DNA of 60,705 nucleotides from Clostridia bacterium. GTDB taxonomy: Bacteria; Bacillota; Clostridia; Christensenellales; UBA3700. The notes under the pieces are model-generated. The model ran no database searches. It saw only the letters and a program-made list of their open reading frames with translations, and had not been told where the DNA came from. A program made the translations under genes and the position numbers. Shown piece by piece: positions 19,888-29,030 of this stretch (position 1 is the first letter of the stretch; every line of letters starts with the position of its first letter). The DNA is taken from the NCBI GenBank assembly GCA_016287155.1, contig JAEEWC010000156.1:1-60705 (forward strand), given 5' to 3'.

Positions 19888-20840
19888 AATGTCTTTGCTG
19901 TGGAAAAGAAATCAAAAATCCAACACAAGTAGAATTAAATTCTTCTTGGCATCATGCTTGCGTTAAGAACTTTTTTGGAACAGACACGCTTCCTGAAATA
20001 GATTTATCTGAATATTCTTTAGACAGCATCGTAAACAACAATATCAAAAAAGGTTATACAATTACTGGTGTGCAAAAAAAATTGTCACTTCATTTATCTA
20101 CATTGCCTACCCCAAGGTTAACAATAGTAGATTATCCTATTGGATATATATTAAAACCTCAAACAAAGGAATACGCTAACTTGCCTGAATATGAATATTT
20201 AACAATGCAAATGGCAAAAGTCGTAGGCATTAGCACAGTCCCTTTTGCTTTAATTAAATCAACAAATAACGAATTTGCCTATATCACAAAACGTGTAGAT
20301 AGAGCGCAAAAAGACAAGCACGCTATTTTGAAATATGCAATGGAAGATTTTTGTCAATTAGCGGGACGATTAACTCAAGATAAATATAAAGGCTCATATG
20401 AAGCTTGCGGAAAAATCATTAAAGACTTTTCTGACAAACGCAACTTGGATTTAGTTGAGTTATATCTAAGAATTGTATTCTCTTTTGTCGTTGGCAATTC
20501 AGATATGCATTTAAAGAATTTTTCTTTAATTAATAAGGACGGCCAATATAAATTATCTCCAGCTTATGATATGTTGCCAGTGAACGTAATTTTACCAGAA
20601 GACAAAGAGCAAATGGCTCTTACCCTACACGCAAAGAAAAGCAACATAAAGAAGAAAGAATTTATTCTTTTTGCCGAAACAATTGGCATAAGCGAGCGTG
20701 TAGCAAACAATATTATTTTGTCTGTTATAAAAAAGAAAGATTTGCTTTTAGAATTATGCAAATCTTCCCAACTTAATGATAATCAAATTAAAGCATTTAG
20801 CGAATTAATAAATGCTAGATGCACTATTCTTCAATCTTAG
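19884..20840 (+). CDS. hipT: HipA-family Ser/Thr kinase toxin lacking the N-subdomain (HipT-like), with an N-terminal Cys/His motif
   Basis: The catalytic-loop motif GNSDMHLKNFSL and SPAYDMLP are HipA_C hallmarks. Gly-rich loop YTITGVQKKLSL. The N-terminus CLCCGKE..(13)..WHHAC looks like a zinc ribbon. Confidence 0.8.
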   Translation: MKCLCCGKEIKNPTQVELNSSWHHACVKNFFGTDTLPEIDLSEYSLDSIVNNNIKKGYTITGVQKKLSLHLSTLPTPRLTIVDYPIGYILKPQTKEYANLPEYEYLTMQMAKVVGISTVPFALIKSTNNEFAYITKRVDRAQKDKHAILKYAMEDFCQLAGRLTQDKYKGSYEACGKIIKDFSDKRNLDLVELYLRIVFSFVVGNSDMHLKNFSLINKDGQYKLSPAYDMLPVNVILPEDKEQMALTLHAKKSNIKKKEFILFAETIGISERVANNIILSVIKKKDLLLELCKSSQLNDNQIKAFSELINARCTILQS

Positions 20841-21084
20841 GTTCTACCCTTTTCTTTTCAACTAAAAAATATGCTAATAGATTTAATGCTAAATCTAAAA
20901 CAATTGCAGGTAATATTACTGCATATGAATAAGTCCAATAGAAATCTTGATATGCACCAATACATAAAACCCAGAAAACAAAGATAATTGGAAACGCAAT
21001 ATATCTCCAAATCTTATACCATAGTGGTTTTATTGATGTTTGTAGCCAATACTTTAGAAAATTCATATATAGATATAATAGCAC
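20824..21084 (-). CDS. Small hydrophobic membrane protein (start uncertain: GTG 21084 or ATG 21066)
   Basis: Two or three predicted TM helices. Convergent with hipT and overlapping its 3' end by 17 nt. No clear RBS. Confidence 0.35.
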   Translation of the reverse strand: MLLYLYMNFLKYWLQTSIKPLWYKIWRYIAFPIIFVFWVLCIGAYQDFYWTYSYAVILPAIVLDLALNLLAYFLVEKKRVEPKIEE

Positions 21085-21111
21085 ATAATTGAGCGCACTA
21101 CTCGTTTTCTT

Positions 21112-21140
21112 TTGACTTTTTATGTACGCACAAATATAAT
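21112..21140 (+). promoter_or_regulatory. Sigma-A-type promoter of glyQS
   Basis: TTGACT (21112-21117), 17-nt spacer, TATAAT (21135-21140). AAGGAG RBS at about 21160. Confidence 0.65.
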
Positions 21141-21173
21141 ATGTGTTGAATTAAAATTTAAGGAGCATAAAAT

Positions 21174-22559
21174 ATGGCAGAACTTACAATGGATAAATTA
21201 GTAGCTTTATGTAAAGGACGTGGATTCGTATTTGCAGGAAGTGAAATTTATGGTGGTCTTGCAAACACTTGGGACTATGGCCCTCTAGGTGTTGAATTAA
21301 AGAACAACATTAAAAAAGCTTGGTGGAAAAAATTCGTTCAAGAAAACACTTTAAACACAGGTCTTGATTGTGCAATTTTAATGAACCCAGAAACATGGGT
21401 AGCATCAGGTCACGTTGGAGGCTTTTCAGATCCATTAATGGATTGTAAGCATTGTAAGGCTCGTCACAGAGCAGACAATCTTATCGAAGATTGGAACAAG
21501 AAGAAAGGAATTGAAATGAACATTGCTGGTTGGACAAACGAGCAAATGGAAAAATATGTTTTAGATAACAAGATTCCTTGCCCTACTTGCGGTACTTCAG
21601 ATTTCACAGGCATCAGAAAGTTCAACTTAATGTTCAAAACTTTCCAAGGTGTAACCGAAGATACATCTACAACAATTTACCTTCGTCCAGAAACAGCTCA
21701 AGGTATTTTCGTTAACTTCCTAAATGTTCAAAGATCTACAAGAATGAAAGTTCCATTCGGTATTGGACAAATTGGTAAGTCATTCAGAAACGAAATCACT
21801 CCAGGTAACTTCATCTTTAGAGTTAGAGAATTCGAACAAATGGAACTTGAATTCTTCTGCAAGCCAGGAACAGATTTAGAATGGTTCAACTACTGGAAGA
21901 CATTCTGTAAGGATTGGTTACTAGGTTTAGGTATCAAAGAAGACAAGTTAAGATTAAGAGATCATGATAAAGATGAATTATGCTTCTACTCTAAAGCTAC
22001 AACAGACTTCGAGTTCAAATTCCCTATGGGATGGGGCGAACTTTGGGGCGTTGCTGATAGAACAGATTACGACTTAAATTGCCATATGAAGCAATCTGGT
22101 AAGAACATGGAATATATCGACCCAGTTACAAACGAAAGATATGTACCATATGTTATTGAACCATCTCTAGGTGTAGAAAGAATGGTACTTGCAATTCTTT
22201 GCAACGCTTACGAAGAAGAACAATTAGAGAACGATTCACGTGTAGTTATGCACTTCCATCCAGCTCTAGCTCCATATAAGGTAGCAGTTCTTCCATTAAT
22301 GAAGAAAGACTTATCTGAAAAGGCTTCAGAAATCTATAGAAATCTTGCTAAGAAATTCTCTGCTAACTATGATGATGCAGGTTCTATCGGTAAGAGATAT
22401 AGAAGACAAGATGAAATTGGTACTCCACTTTGCGTAACAATCGACTACGATACTCTACAAGATAATACTGTTACAGTTAGAGATAGAGATACAATGGAAC
22501 AAATCCGTTTACCAATCGACCAATTAGAAGCATATATCGCAGCTAAGATCGAATACTAA
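21174..22559 (+). CDS. glyQS: Glycine--tRNA ligase (single-chain, class II)
   Basis: 461 aa. [43 protein letters not shown] (motif 2), PSLGVERM (motif 3). Confidence 0.95.
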   Translation: MAELTMDKLVALCKGRGFVFAGSEIYGGLANTWDYGPLGVELKNNIKKAWWKKFVQENTLNTGLDCAILMNPETWVASGHVGGFSDPLMDCKHCKARHRADNLIEDWNKKKGIEMNIAGWTNEQMEKYVLDNKIPCPTCGTSDFTGIRKFNLMFKTFQGVTEDTSTTIYLRPETAQGIFVNFLNVQRSTRMKVPFGIGQIGKSFRNEITPGNFIFRVREFEQMELEFFCKPGTDLEWFNYWKTFCKDWLLGLGIKEDKLRLRDHDKDELCFYSKATTDFEFKFPMGWGELWGVADRTDYDLNCHMKQSGKNMEYIDPVTNERYVPYVIEPSLGVERMVLAILCNAYEEEQLENDSRVVMHFHPALAPYKVAVLPLMKKDLSEKASEIYRNLAKKFSANYDDAGSIGKRYRRQDEIGTPLCVTIDYDTLQDNTVTVRDRDTMEQIRLPIDQLEAYIAAKIEY

Positions 22560-22579
22560 TTAGAATTAAATCAATAAAG

Positions 22580-22607
22580 TACACCTCATTATGAGGTGTA
22601 TTTTTTT
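22580..22607. terminator. Bidirectional rho-independent terminator shared by glyQS and the convergent lipoprotein gene
   Basis: TACACCTCA (22580-22588) / TGAGGTGTA (22592-22600), then T7 on the plus strand. On the minus strand it follows the TAA (22606-22608) directly and is followed by CTTTATTGATTT. Confidence 0.8.
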
Positions 22608-23856
22608 ATAAACTAATATAACAAGCAGGACGAACGCCCTCATACGTTAAATATACAAAATAGCTCTCATAATCCACATTTCCGTCTTCCCCGACACATC
22701 TAGCACCTCTTGGATTATATCTACTTGGAGATCTTGTCCACCAAAAACATCCTGCATCGCAATATAGGCCTTGGGCTTTTGCATAGTCACTTCCAGAAGT
22801 CTGTCTTGCTCCATTATCTTGGAAATATGTTATTACGTCATAGCTCGACAACAAAAATACCTTATCATTTGTATTTGCGCATACGTATTGATTTACTGTC
22901 TCGTTTGTAGATTCTACACTATTGTCAACTTCTGCAGTAAGCACTATTGCTTTTTCAATATCACTGAATGCTGTGTTATAAAAATCGTTGTTAAGCCATT
23001 GTCTTATGCGAGACAATTTATAATTGTTTGAATATCCATATTCATCATCTCTAGCAATTTGGTTAGCATTGTTTAATTGATAGTAGTCTTGAGAATCCAA
23101 CACTATATCAGAAAGAAGTAATGCCTTACCGCCCTCTTCTTCTAAGATAGTCCATTTTATTAACTCAAATTCAAACCAATATATTTCATTCTCGAAATAT
23201 CCCATTGAATGTTGATAAGAAGAATCAGTTTGCCAAGTAAGTCCTGGTCTCTCTGAAATAAAATACACACCTCTATACACCTTACTGCCTAGAGGCAAAT
23301 CAATATACCACATAAAAGAGGCTTCTTCTTCACGTTTGTAATACTTATAATCAGTCCATTGTTGTGGATTTGACTCTGTTGGCAACTCCCCCGCTAATAA
23401 CGTAAGCTCTTCCGTTATTTGCGAATCCTCGATTAAAGTTTGAGGGTATAATCCAAAATAAATATCATTCTCAGATTTTGTATAGTAATCTGCGTTACGA
23501 ATCTCTAGATATGTTGCGACGTATTTTACATCACTAGTTGCCACAACTACATTAGGAGCCCAACCTTTAAATATATAAGTATATCCGTTAGAAGGCTGTC
23601 TTTGTGGTGTGTTCTTTGTATATGCTGGAGTCTGCCCTTTATCAATGGTAATTGTTTCTAAAACTGTTCCATCATAATTGGCAAATATGATTTCAAATTG
23701 ATCTACATCTTCTGTTATGGATTCTTTTGGTGGTTCCTCAACGATTGGAGTTGATGGAACTTCATTATTTTCTGTATCAAAAGAACATGCGACCATAAGT
23801 AGCATGTTTATAACAAGAACTATACCAACTAAAAAATAAAACCATTTCTTATTCAT
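22606..23856 (-). CDS. Lipoprotein with an InlB B-repeat/List-Bact repeat and a DUF6273-like C-terminal domain
   Basis: Lipobox LLMVAC|S. FANYDGTVLETITIDKGQTPAYTKNTP...YIFKGW is a List-Bact-type repeat. The C-terminal ...VFLLSSYDV...WWTRSP... pattern is DUF6273-like. Confidence 0.55.
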   Translation of the reverse strand: MNKKWFYFLVGIVLVINMLLMVACSFDTENNEVPSTPIVEEPPKESITEDVDQFEIIFANYDGTVLETITIDKGQTPAYTKNTPQRQPSNGYTYIFKGWAPNVVVATSDVKYVATYLEIRNADYYTKSENDIYFGLYPQTLIEDSQITEELTLLAGELPTESNPQQWTDYKYYKREEEASFMWYIDLPLGSKVYRGVYFISERPGLTWQTDSSYQHSMGYFENEIYWFEFELIKWTILEEEGGKALLLSDIVLDSQDYYQLNNANQIARDDEYGYSNNYKLSRIRQWLNNDFYNTAFSDIEKAIVLTAEVDNSVESTNETVNQYVCANTNDKVFLLSSYDVITYFQDNGARQTSGSDYAKAQGLYCDAGCFWWTRSPSRYNPRGARCVGEDGNVDYESYFVYLTYEGVRPACYISL

Positions 23857-23928
23857 ATTTAAAGCACAATGTCAGTTTACCCTTTTACTATTATATTGTC
23901 AATTCGCCCCATTTTAGATAAAGTCTAC

Positions 23929-23960
23929 AAAAAAAAGAACACCGGAGAAATGAATCTCCG
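23929..23960 (-). terminator. Probable terminator of the TetR-GPH-GT operon
   Basis: Minus strand: CGGAGA-TTCATT-TCTCCG (23960-23943), then GTGTTC + T8 (23936-23929). Confidence 0.5.
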
Positions 23961-24001
23961 ATGCCCTTTAAATAAGTATATAAGTAGAACTAACTATAAG
24001 G

Positions 24002-25441
24002 CTATTTTTTTAGACCAGTTGCTAATCTTACACATTCATATGCACCATCATAGTGACCTTGCTTTTTAAGCTCGTCAATTCTATCGCACATATGAGCAAG
24101 AATTTCTTTATCTTCAAGCAACTTATCAAACATTGCATTAATTGACTCTTCTGTTGGGCATTCTGGAGTTGAATCACCAATTTCTCTTCCGTTAATAGCA
24201 CCATAAACTTCGTGTCCACCAATATGTCTCATAAATACCTTTGGAATTGGATAGTATGCAAGTTCAGATGGCTTTGTAACTAAGATATCTGAAACTGGCA
24301 TTAGAAGGTTTGTAGAATATACTGCTTCAAATAGGTTTTCATTGTAGATAGCATAAATACCATTTACATCCCCTTCTTTAATATCCTTCGCAAAGTCTTT
24401 TAACTTGCCATATTCGTTGAAGAAGTTTTGAGTCTTCATATCACCAATATCTTGTTGTAGTTTTTCATAAACTGTCTTATGGTCACCAAAGTTAATAAAT
24501 AATGTAACCTTTTTCTCGTTAACATATGGGATTAAGTGTTTAATCATAGCAAGATACATATCATAACCTGCACCAGCACCACCAACTGTCATTAAGATTC
24601 TTATTGGCTTGCCGTTCGCAAGTCTTGCTTTTCTACGCTTGTTATCGTTCTCTAAATCAACCAAAAGCTCATGGTCAATAAAACATCCGACCATCTTTAG
24701 ATCCTTTTCAGGAATGCCATTTAATGGAGTCTTAGCAAAACCATTAAGTGTTTTGTATCCAAAATATGCAAATGGAGTTTGAACTGTATGCATAGCACCT
24801 TCAGACAAATGAAGTCCCATTGGCCAGTTATCTGGAATAGCATTTACAACATGTGTCATACCAGCATGAATAGCTGCTTGGCTTGGCCATACGTGTGTTG
24901 CAATATATGGTGTATCTTTTGGAATATTCTTAAAGATTGGAACAAGAAGTTCACTATTCTTTTGGTCCTTTGCGTTATATGTAATTTTCTTGAAACCTTC
25001 TGAATTTAGAGGCTCCCAAATTAGCTTGTTGAATAGCTTAGATTTTTGGCTAATTCTTGAAGCAAGTGAATACATGTCGTTTTGTTCACGAATCATTTTA
25101 GATCCAGTAGCATCAAAAGAAGCTAAATCTAACCAGTATGGTTTGAAGCCTAAAGCCTTTGCACAAGATGCCATAGCAATAGAGATTCTATAGTGGCCAA
25201 AACCCATTCTGATGTTACCAACGATAAGAGCTTTCTCATCAAATTTTGCTTGCTTTTCATCAAATACGATATTGTCTGCGCCAAGGAAATCTAAAGTATC
25301 AATTGCTTTAAATCCTAGCTTATAATCAGCATTTGAATCATCGCCATATTTCTTAATAAATTTTTGTTTAGACTTTTCTGCACTTGCGATGGTCTTTGCG
25401 TCCATCTTGTTGCCAAAAATTACACTGCTCTTATCTGCCAT
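24002..25441 (-). CDS. GT-B-fold glycosyltransferase-like protein (UgtP/MGDG-synthase-like). Function uncertain.
   Basis: LIVGNIRMGFGHYRISIAMA (compare the GNGH motif of UgtP), RILMTVGGAGAG, DILVTKPSELAYYPIP (compare ITKPGG). Assigned from recalled similarity only. Confidence 0.4.
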   Translation of the reverse strand: MADKSSVIFGNKMDAKTIASAEKSKQKFIKKYGDDSNADYKLGFKAIDTLDFLGADNIVFDEKQAKFDEKALIVGNIRMGFGHYRISIAMASCAKALGFKPYWLDLASFDATGSKMIREQNDMYSLASRISQKSKLFNKLIWEPLNSEGFKKITYNAKDQKNSELLVPIFKNIPKDTPYIATHVWPSQAAIHAGMTHVVNAIPDNWPMGLHLSEGAMHTVQTPFAYFGYKTLNGFAKTPLNGIPEKDLKMVGCFIDHELLVDLENDNKRRKARLANGKPIRILMTVGGAGAGYDMYLAMIKHLIPYVNEKKVTLFINFGDHKTVYEKLQQDIGDMKTQNFFNEYGKLKDFAKDIKEGDVNGIYAIYNENLFEAVYSTNLLMPVSDILVTKPSELAYYPIPKVFMRHIGGHEVYGAINGREIGDSTPECPTEESINAMFDKLLEDKEILAHMCDRIDELKKQGHYDGAYECVRLATGLKK

Positions 25442-25442
25442 A

Positions 25443-27122
25443 TTATTTTTCCTCCTTTTTAGCTACTTTCTTTGCAGGAGCTTTTTTAGCTGGAGCCTTC
25501 TTAGGCTTCTCTTCTTTTTTAGGTTCTTCAACCTTCTCTTCAATAGGAGCTACAATTACTTCATCTTGAGCTGGCTCTTCAACCTTTACTTCATTTTCAA
25601 CTCCAACGATAGGAGCTTCTTCAGCCTTTGCTTCTTCAATAACTGGAACATCTTCTGTCTTTGCTTCATCAGAAACAGGAGCCTCTTCACCAATTGCTGC
25701 TAAGAAGTCTTTATCTGAATCTTTAGCGATAATCTTCATAATCTTCTTTTCTTTGTAGAAGAATAAGATTACTGCACCAAGCACACAGAATATAATTGCT
25801 ACAATGCCTACCCAAGTCATACCAGTCTTTGTTGCTGTAATATCATTTGAACCAGCCTCTTGTGTTGCTCCGATGATAGCAAGTGATGTGAATAGAAGCA
25901 TTGCTAGAGATTGACCAAACTTCATAGCAAATGTTCTAGCTGCGAAGAACATACCTTCCCTGTTTTCACCAGTTACTACACCTTCTGCTTCTGCGATATC
26001 AGCAACGATTGATTGTGGGATAATACCTAGTAGCGCCATTGGGAATGCTGCAATGATAACAATTAACACACCAAATACATAAGCAAGTGCACTTCCGCCA
26101 ACAAATGGTAAGTTAGATAAAGCTGCAATTACATAAGCAACAGCTAAACCTAAGAAACCAGCAATAACTAACTTCTTCTTACCAAACTTCTTAACAAGTT
26201 TTGTAACGAATGGATAGAATGCTGCAGATAGAACTGTCATACCACCTAAGAAATACATTGTGAATGATTCAGGAAGAGCCATAGATACTCTAACGAAGAA
26301 AGGTAAACCAGTTTGGAACATAGTTAAACCAACCCAGTACATGATGTCTGATCCTACAAATACATCAAAATCTTTATTCTTAAATGTCGAAGCCAATGAC
26401 TTAAACATATTTGCATTTGATGGTTCTGTCTCAACAAAATCTCTTTCATTTAATAAGAAAGTTGGAATCAACATCGCAACTGTAGCAATAGCTGCAAGTA
26501 TCATAAACATGATTCTATAACTCCAATCGAAAGAAACACCCATACCTCTTAACACACCAGCAAATACGAAAGGTGTATAAGCAAGTAATGTACCAGCAAA
26601 GAATGTTAGAGAAATTGCTGTCGAGATTGCCATTCTATCTTCTTGAGTCTTACCGAACTCAGAGATTAAAGCATTGTATGGAGTACAATACATTGTCATA
26701 AACAAATAGAATAAAATTATAAATATAGAAATCCAAGCTACATTGATACCACTAATTCCTTGAACTGGAGCACAGAACAATAGAACAGTAACAATGGCAA
26801 GCGGAACTGCAGAATATTGCATAAATGGAATTCTTCTTCCCCTCTTATTCTTACTTCTATCTGAAAGTGATGCGATAAGTGGATCGGTTACAGCATCGAA
26901 TATTCTTGATAAGGCTGTAATCAAACCTAGTATTGTTAAGAATCCACCAATAATTAATCCTGGTTGAATATATTGAGTAGCATCAGCTTCTGTTGGCAAA
27001 TAGAATGTAACCAACCAAGCACCAATAATACCACTTAATGTTGACCAACCAAGTTGGCCTAAAGCGAATATCCAAATTTGCTTTTTAGATAATCTCTTTC
27101 CTACTGCATTTGTGTTTTCCAT
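25443..27122 (-). CDS. GPH-family (glycoside-pentoside-hexuronide:cation symporter, MFS) transporter with a roughly 95-aa charged low-complexity C-terminal tail
   Basis: 12 TM helices. The N-terminus LSKKQIWIFALGQLGWS...DAVTDPLIASLSDR..KRGRRIPF is the typical GPH signature. Tail: ...EEAKAEEAPIVG...EEPKKEEKPKKAPAKKAPAKKVAKKEEK. Confidence 0.75.
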   Translation of the reverse strand: MENTNAVGKRLSKKQIWIFALGQLGWSTLSGIIGAWLVTFYLPTEADATQYIQPGLIIGGFLTILGLITALSRIFDAVTDPLIASLSDRSKNKRGRRIPFMQYSAVPLAIVTVLLFCAPVQGISGINVAWISIFIILFYLFMTMYCTPYNALISEFGKTQEDRMAISTAISLTFFAGTLLAYTPFVFAGVLRGMGVSFDWSYRIMFMILAAIATVAMLIPTFLLNERDFVETEPSNANMFKSLASTFKNKDFDVFVGSDIMYWVGLTMFQTGLPFFVRVSMALPESFTMYFLGGMTVLSAAFYPFVTKLVKKFGKKKLVIAGFLGLAVAYVIAALSNLPFVGGSALAYVFGVLIVIIAAFPMALLGIIPQSIVADIAEAEGVVTGENREGMFFAARTFAMKFGQSLAMLLFTSLAIIGATQEAGSNDITATKTGMTWVGIVAIIFCVLGAVILFFYKEKKIMKIIAKDSDKDFLAAIGEEAPVSDEAKTEDVPVIEEAKAEEAPIVGVENEVKVEEPAQDEVIVAPIEEKVEEPKKEEKPKKAPAKKAPAKKVAKKEEK

Positions 27123-27146
27123 AATTAAACTCCTTATCCCTTTTAA

Positions 27147-27746
27147 TTATTTACGTATGCTCTCTAGATAAATCTTAATTAATGTATCTACTTGCTCATA
27201 TTTGTATTTAACGTCTTGTTTTAATACCTTTGAATTTGAAGCAAGCTTTTTAATTAATTCCAATAATGCGTGTGTAGTAGTTAAATAGAAAATCTCTATA
27301 TTCTCTACTTCTTTAATAGAGCCATCTTTTAAACCTAATTCATATGAAGCTTTGAAATCTTCATAATAACCAACGATGGCCTTTTCATATTCATCTAACT
27401 CATATTGTTCAGTTGATATATATGAATCAAACTCTGCTAAGAATTTGTAATAATCTGGATTGTCTTTATAAATTTCTAAAAAGCTTAAATAGAAAGCTCT
27501 AATTTTTTCATAACCTAATTTATATTGAGATAAATGGAAATAGTTGTCTGACACTTCTTTTAGAATAGAAAACGCAATAGCAATAACGATATTCTGCTTT
27601 TTGGTGAAATATCTATACATTGTTGCTTCACCAACGCCAACCTCAAGCGCTAAGTCTTTAATAGTTACAGCCTCAATGCCCTTCTCAATAAACATTGCTT
27701 TTGCTTTATCTAATATGAAATTTAATTTAGCCTCTTTAATCCCCAC
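27147..27746 (-). CDS. TetR/AcrR-family transcriptional regulator (GTG start)
   Basis: N-terminal HTH FIEKGIEAVTIKDLALEVGVGEATMYRYFTKKQN. AGAGGA RBS 6 nt before the GTG at 27746. Confidence 0.85.
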   Translation of the reverse strand: MGIKEAKLNFILDKAKAMFIEKGIEAVTIKDLALEVGVGEATMYRYFTKKQNIVIAIAFSILKEVSDNYFHLSQYKLGYEKIRAFYLSFLEIYKDNPDYYKFLAEFDSYISTEQYELDEYEKAIVGYYEDFKASYELGLKDGSIKEVENIEIFYLTTTHALLELIKKLASNSKVLKQDVKYKYEQVDTLIKIYLESIRK

Positions 27747-27770
27747 AACTAATCCTCTTTAAGTGTTTAA

Positions 27771-27830
27771 CTATCAAAATGATAGACCGACTATCATTTC
27801 TATTATAAGAAATATCCCGTGCTATGTCAA
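27771..27830 (-). promoter_or_regulatory. TetR-operon promoter plus overlapping palindromic operators
   Basis: Minus strand: TTGACA (27830-27825), 17-nt spacer, TATAAT (27807-27802). Downstream are the palindromes GATAG-N5-CTATC (27781-27795) and CTATCA-AAA-TGATAG (27771-27785). Confidence 0.65.
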
Positions 27831-27838
27831 CACGGGAT
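27814..27838 (-). terminator. Terminator of the sulfur-amino-acid operon
   Basis: Minus strand: ATCCCGTG (27838-27831) / CACGGGAT (27821-27814), 9-nt loop, then ATTTCTTAT. It lies 23 nt after the patB-like stop. Confidence 0.65.
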
Positions 27839-27860
27839 TAATTTATGGAAAACAACTAAG

Positions 27861-29030
27861 TTACGATATTACGTCTTTTATATTTTCTAGAGCTCTTCTT
27901 AGAGTCTCTTTAGGACAGGCAATGTTTAATCGTATATAGCCAGAACCGCCTTGGCCAAATACGTAACCATCGTCCACCCATACTTTTGCTTTGAAGTTAA
28001 TTAATTCTTTTAGTTCTCTATCTGTTAGGTTTAATCTTCTACAATCAACCCATAAAAGATATGTGCCTTCTGGTTCAATTAGAGATAGCTTAGGTATATT
28101 GTTATTTATATATTCTTTAACAAATAAATAATTAGACTTTAGATAAGCCTTTAATTCTTTCAACCACTCATCACCATTTTCGTATGCTGCTTGACAAGCA
28201 ATAATACCCATGATGTTAGATTGAGAATATCCAATCTTATCCATCTCGAGTTTATACTTTCTTCTAATGCTATCGTTTGGGATGTAAATATTTGAGATGT
28301 GTAAGCCAGCTAAGTTGAATGTCTTAGTTGGCGCCGTACAGACTATAGAGTTTTGTTCGAACTCTTTTGAAATAGTTGAAAAAACAGTGTGTTTATGCCC
28401 CTCACATATAAAGTCTGAATGGATCTCATCAGATATTACAAACACGTTATGTTTTAAACAAATGTTACCTATCTTCTCTAGTTCTTCTCTAGTCCATACT
28501 CTGCCAACTGGATTGTGAGGATTGCAAAGAAGGAAAATCTTTACATCATTGTCCACAATCTTTTGCTCAAAATCTTTAAAATCAACTTCGTAATGACCAT
28601 TCACATTTACAAGTTCAGATACAACAAGTTTTCTATTATTAACTTTAATTGTCTCTTCAAATGGATAGTATACTGGTTGGCAAATAAGTACAGCATCGTT
28701 TTCTTTTGTTAAAGCTCTTATTGTTGCTGCTATTGCAAATACAACGCCGCAAGCTAAAACTACCTTTGATGTGTCTATATCCCAATTGTGATGTTTTTTG
28801 AACCAACTATTTAGTGCATTGAAATATCTATCTGTTGGTTCAGAGTAGCCAAAGATCCCATGATTAGATTTTTTAACTAAAGCATCTTTAACTTCATCTA
28901 ATGTTTGAAAGTCCATATCTGCTACCCATAGAGGGATTGCATCTTGAGGTCTTTTGCGTTGAATAGCGAAATCAAACTTCAATGAATTAGTATTATGTCT
29001 ATCAATTATTTGATCAAAATTATACTTCAT
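27861..29030 (-). CDS. patB: PatB/MalY-type PLP-dependent C-S lyase (cystathionine beta-lyase-like aminotransferase class I/II)
   Basis: 389 aa. MKYNFDQIIDRHNTNSLKFD, WVADMDF, LLCNPHNPVGRVWT and TAPTKTFNLAGL (PLP Lys) are typical of MalY/PatB. Confidence 0.85.
   Translation of the reverse strand: MKYNFDQIIDRHNTNSLKFDFAIQRKRPQDAIPLWVADMDFQTLDEVKDALVKKSNHGIFGYSEPTDRYFNALNSWFKKHHNWDIDTSKVVLACGVVFAIAATIRALTKENDAVLICQPVYYPFEETIKVNNRKLVVSELVNVNGHYEVDFKDFEQKIVDNDVKIFLLCNPHNPVGRVWTREELEKIGNICLKHNVFVISDEIHSDFICEGHKHTVFSTISKEFEQNSIVCTAPTKTFNLAGLHISNIYIPNDSIRRKYKLEMDKIGYSQSNIMGIIACQAAYENGDEWLKELKAYLKSNYLFVKEYINNNIPKLSLIEPEGTYLLWVDCRRLNLTDRELKELINFKAKVWVDDGYVFGQGGSGYIRLNIACPKETLRRALENIKDVIS

Noticed and set aside
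21085-21173. Possible glycine T-box upstream of glyQS (as in B. subtilis)
   Set aside because: The TTGACT-17-TATAAT promoter leaves only about 30 nt of leader before the RBS. That is far too short for a T-box, and there is no T-box sequence or terminator.
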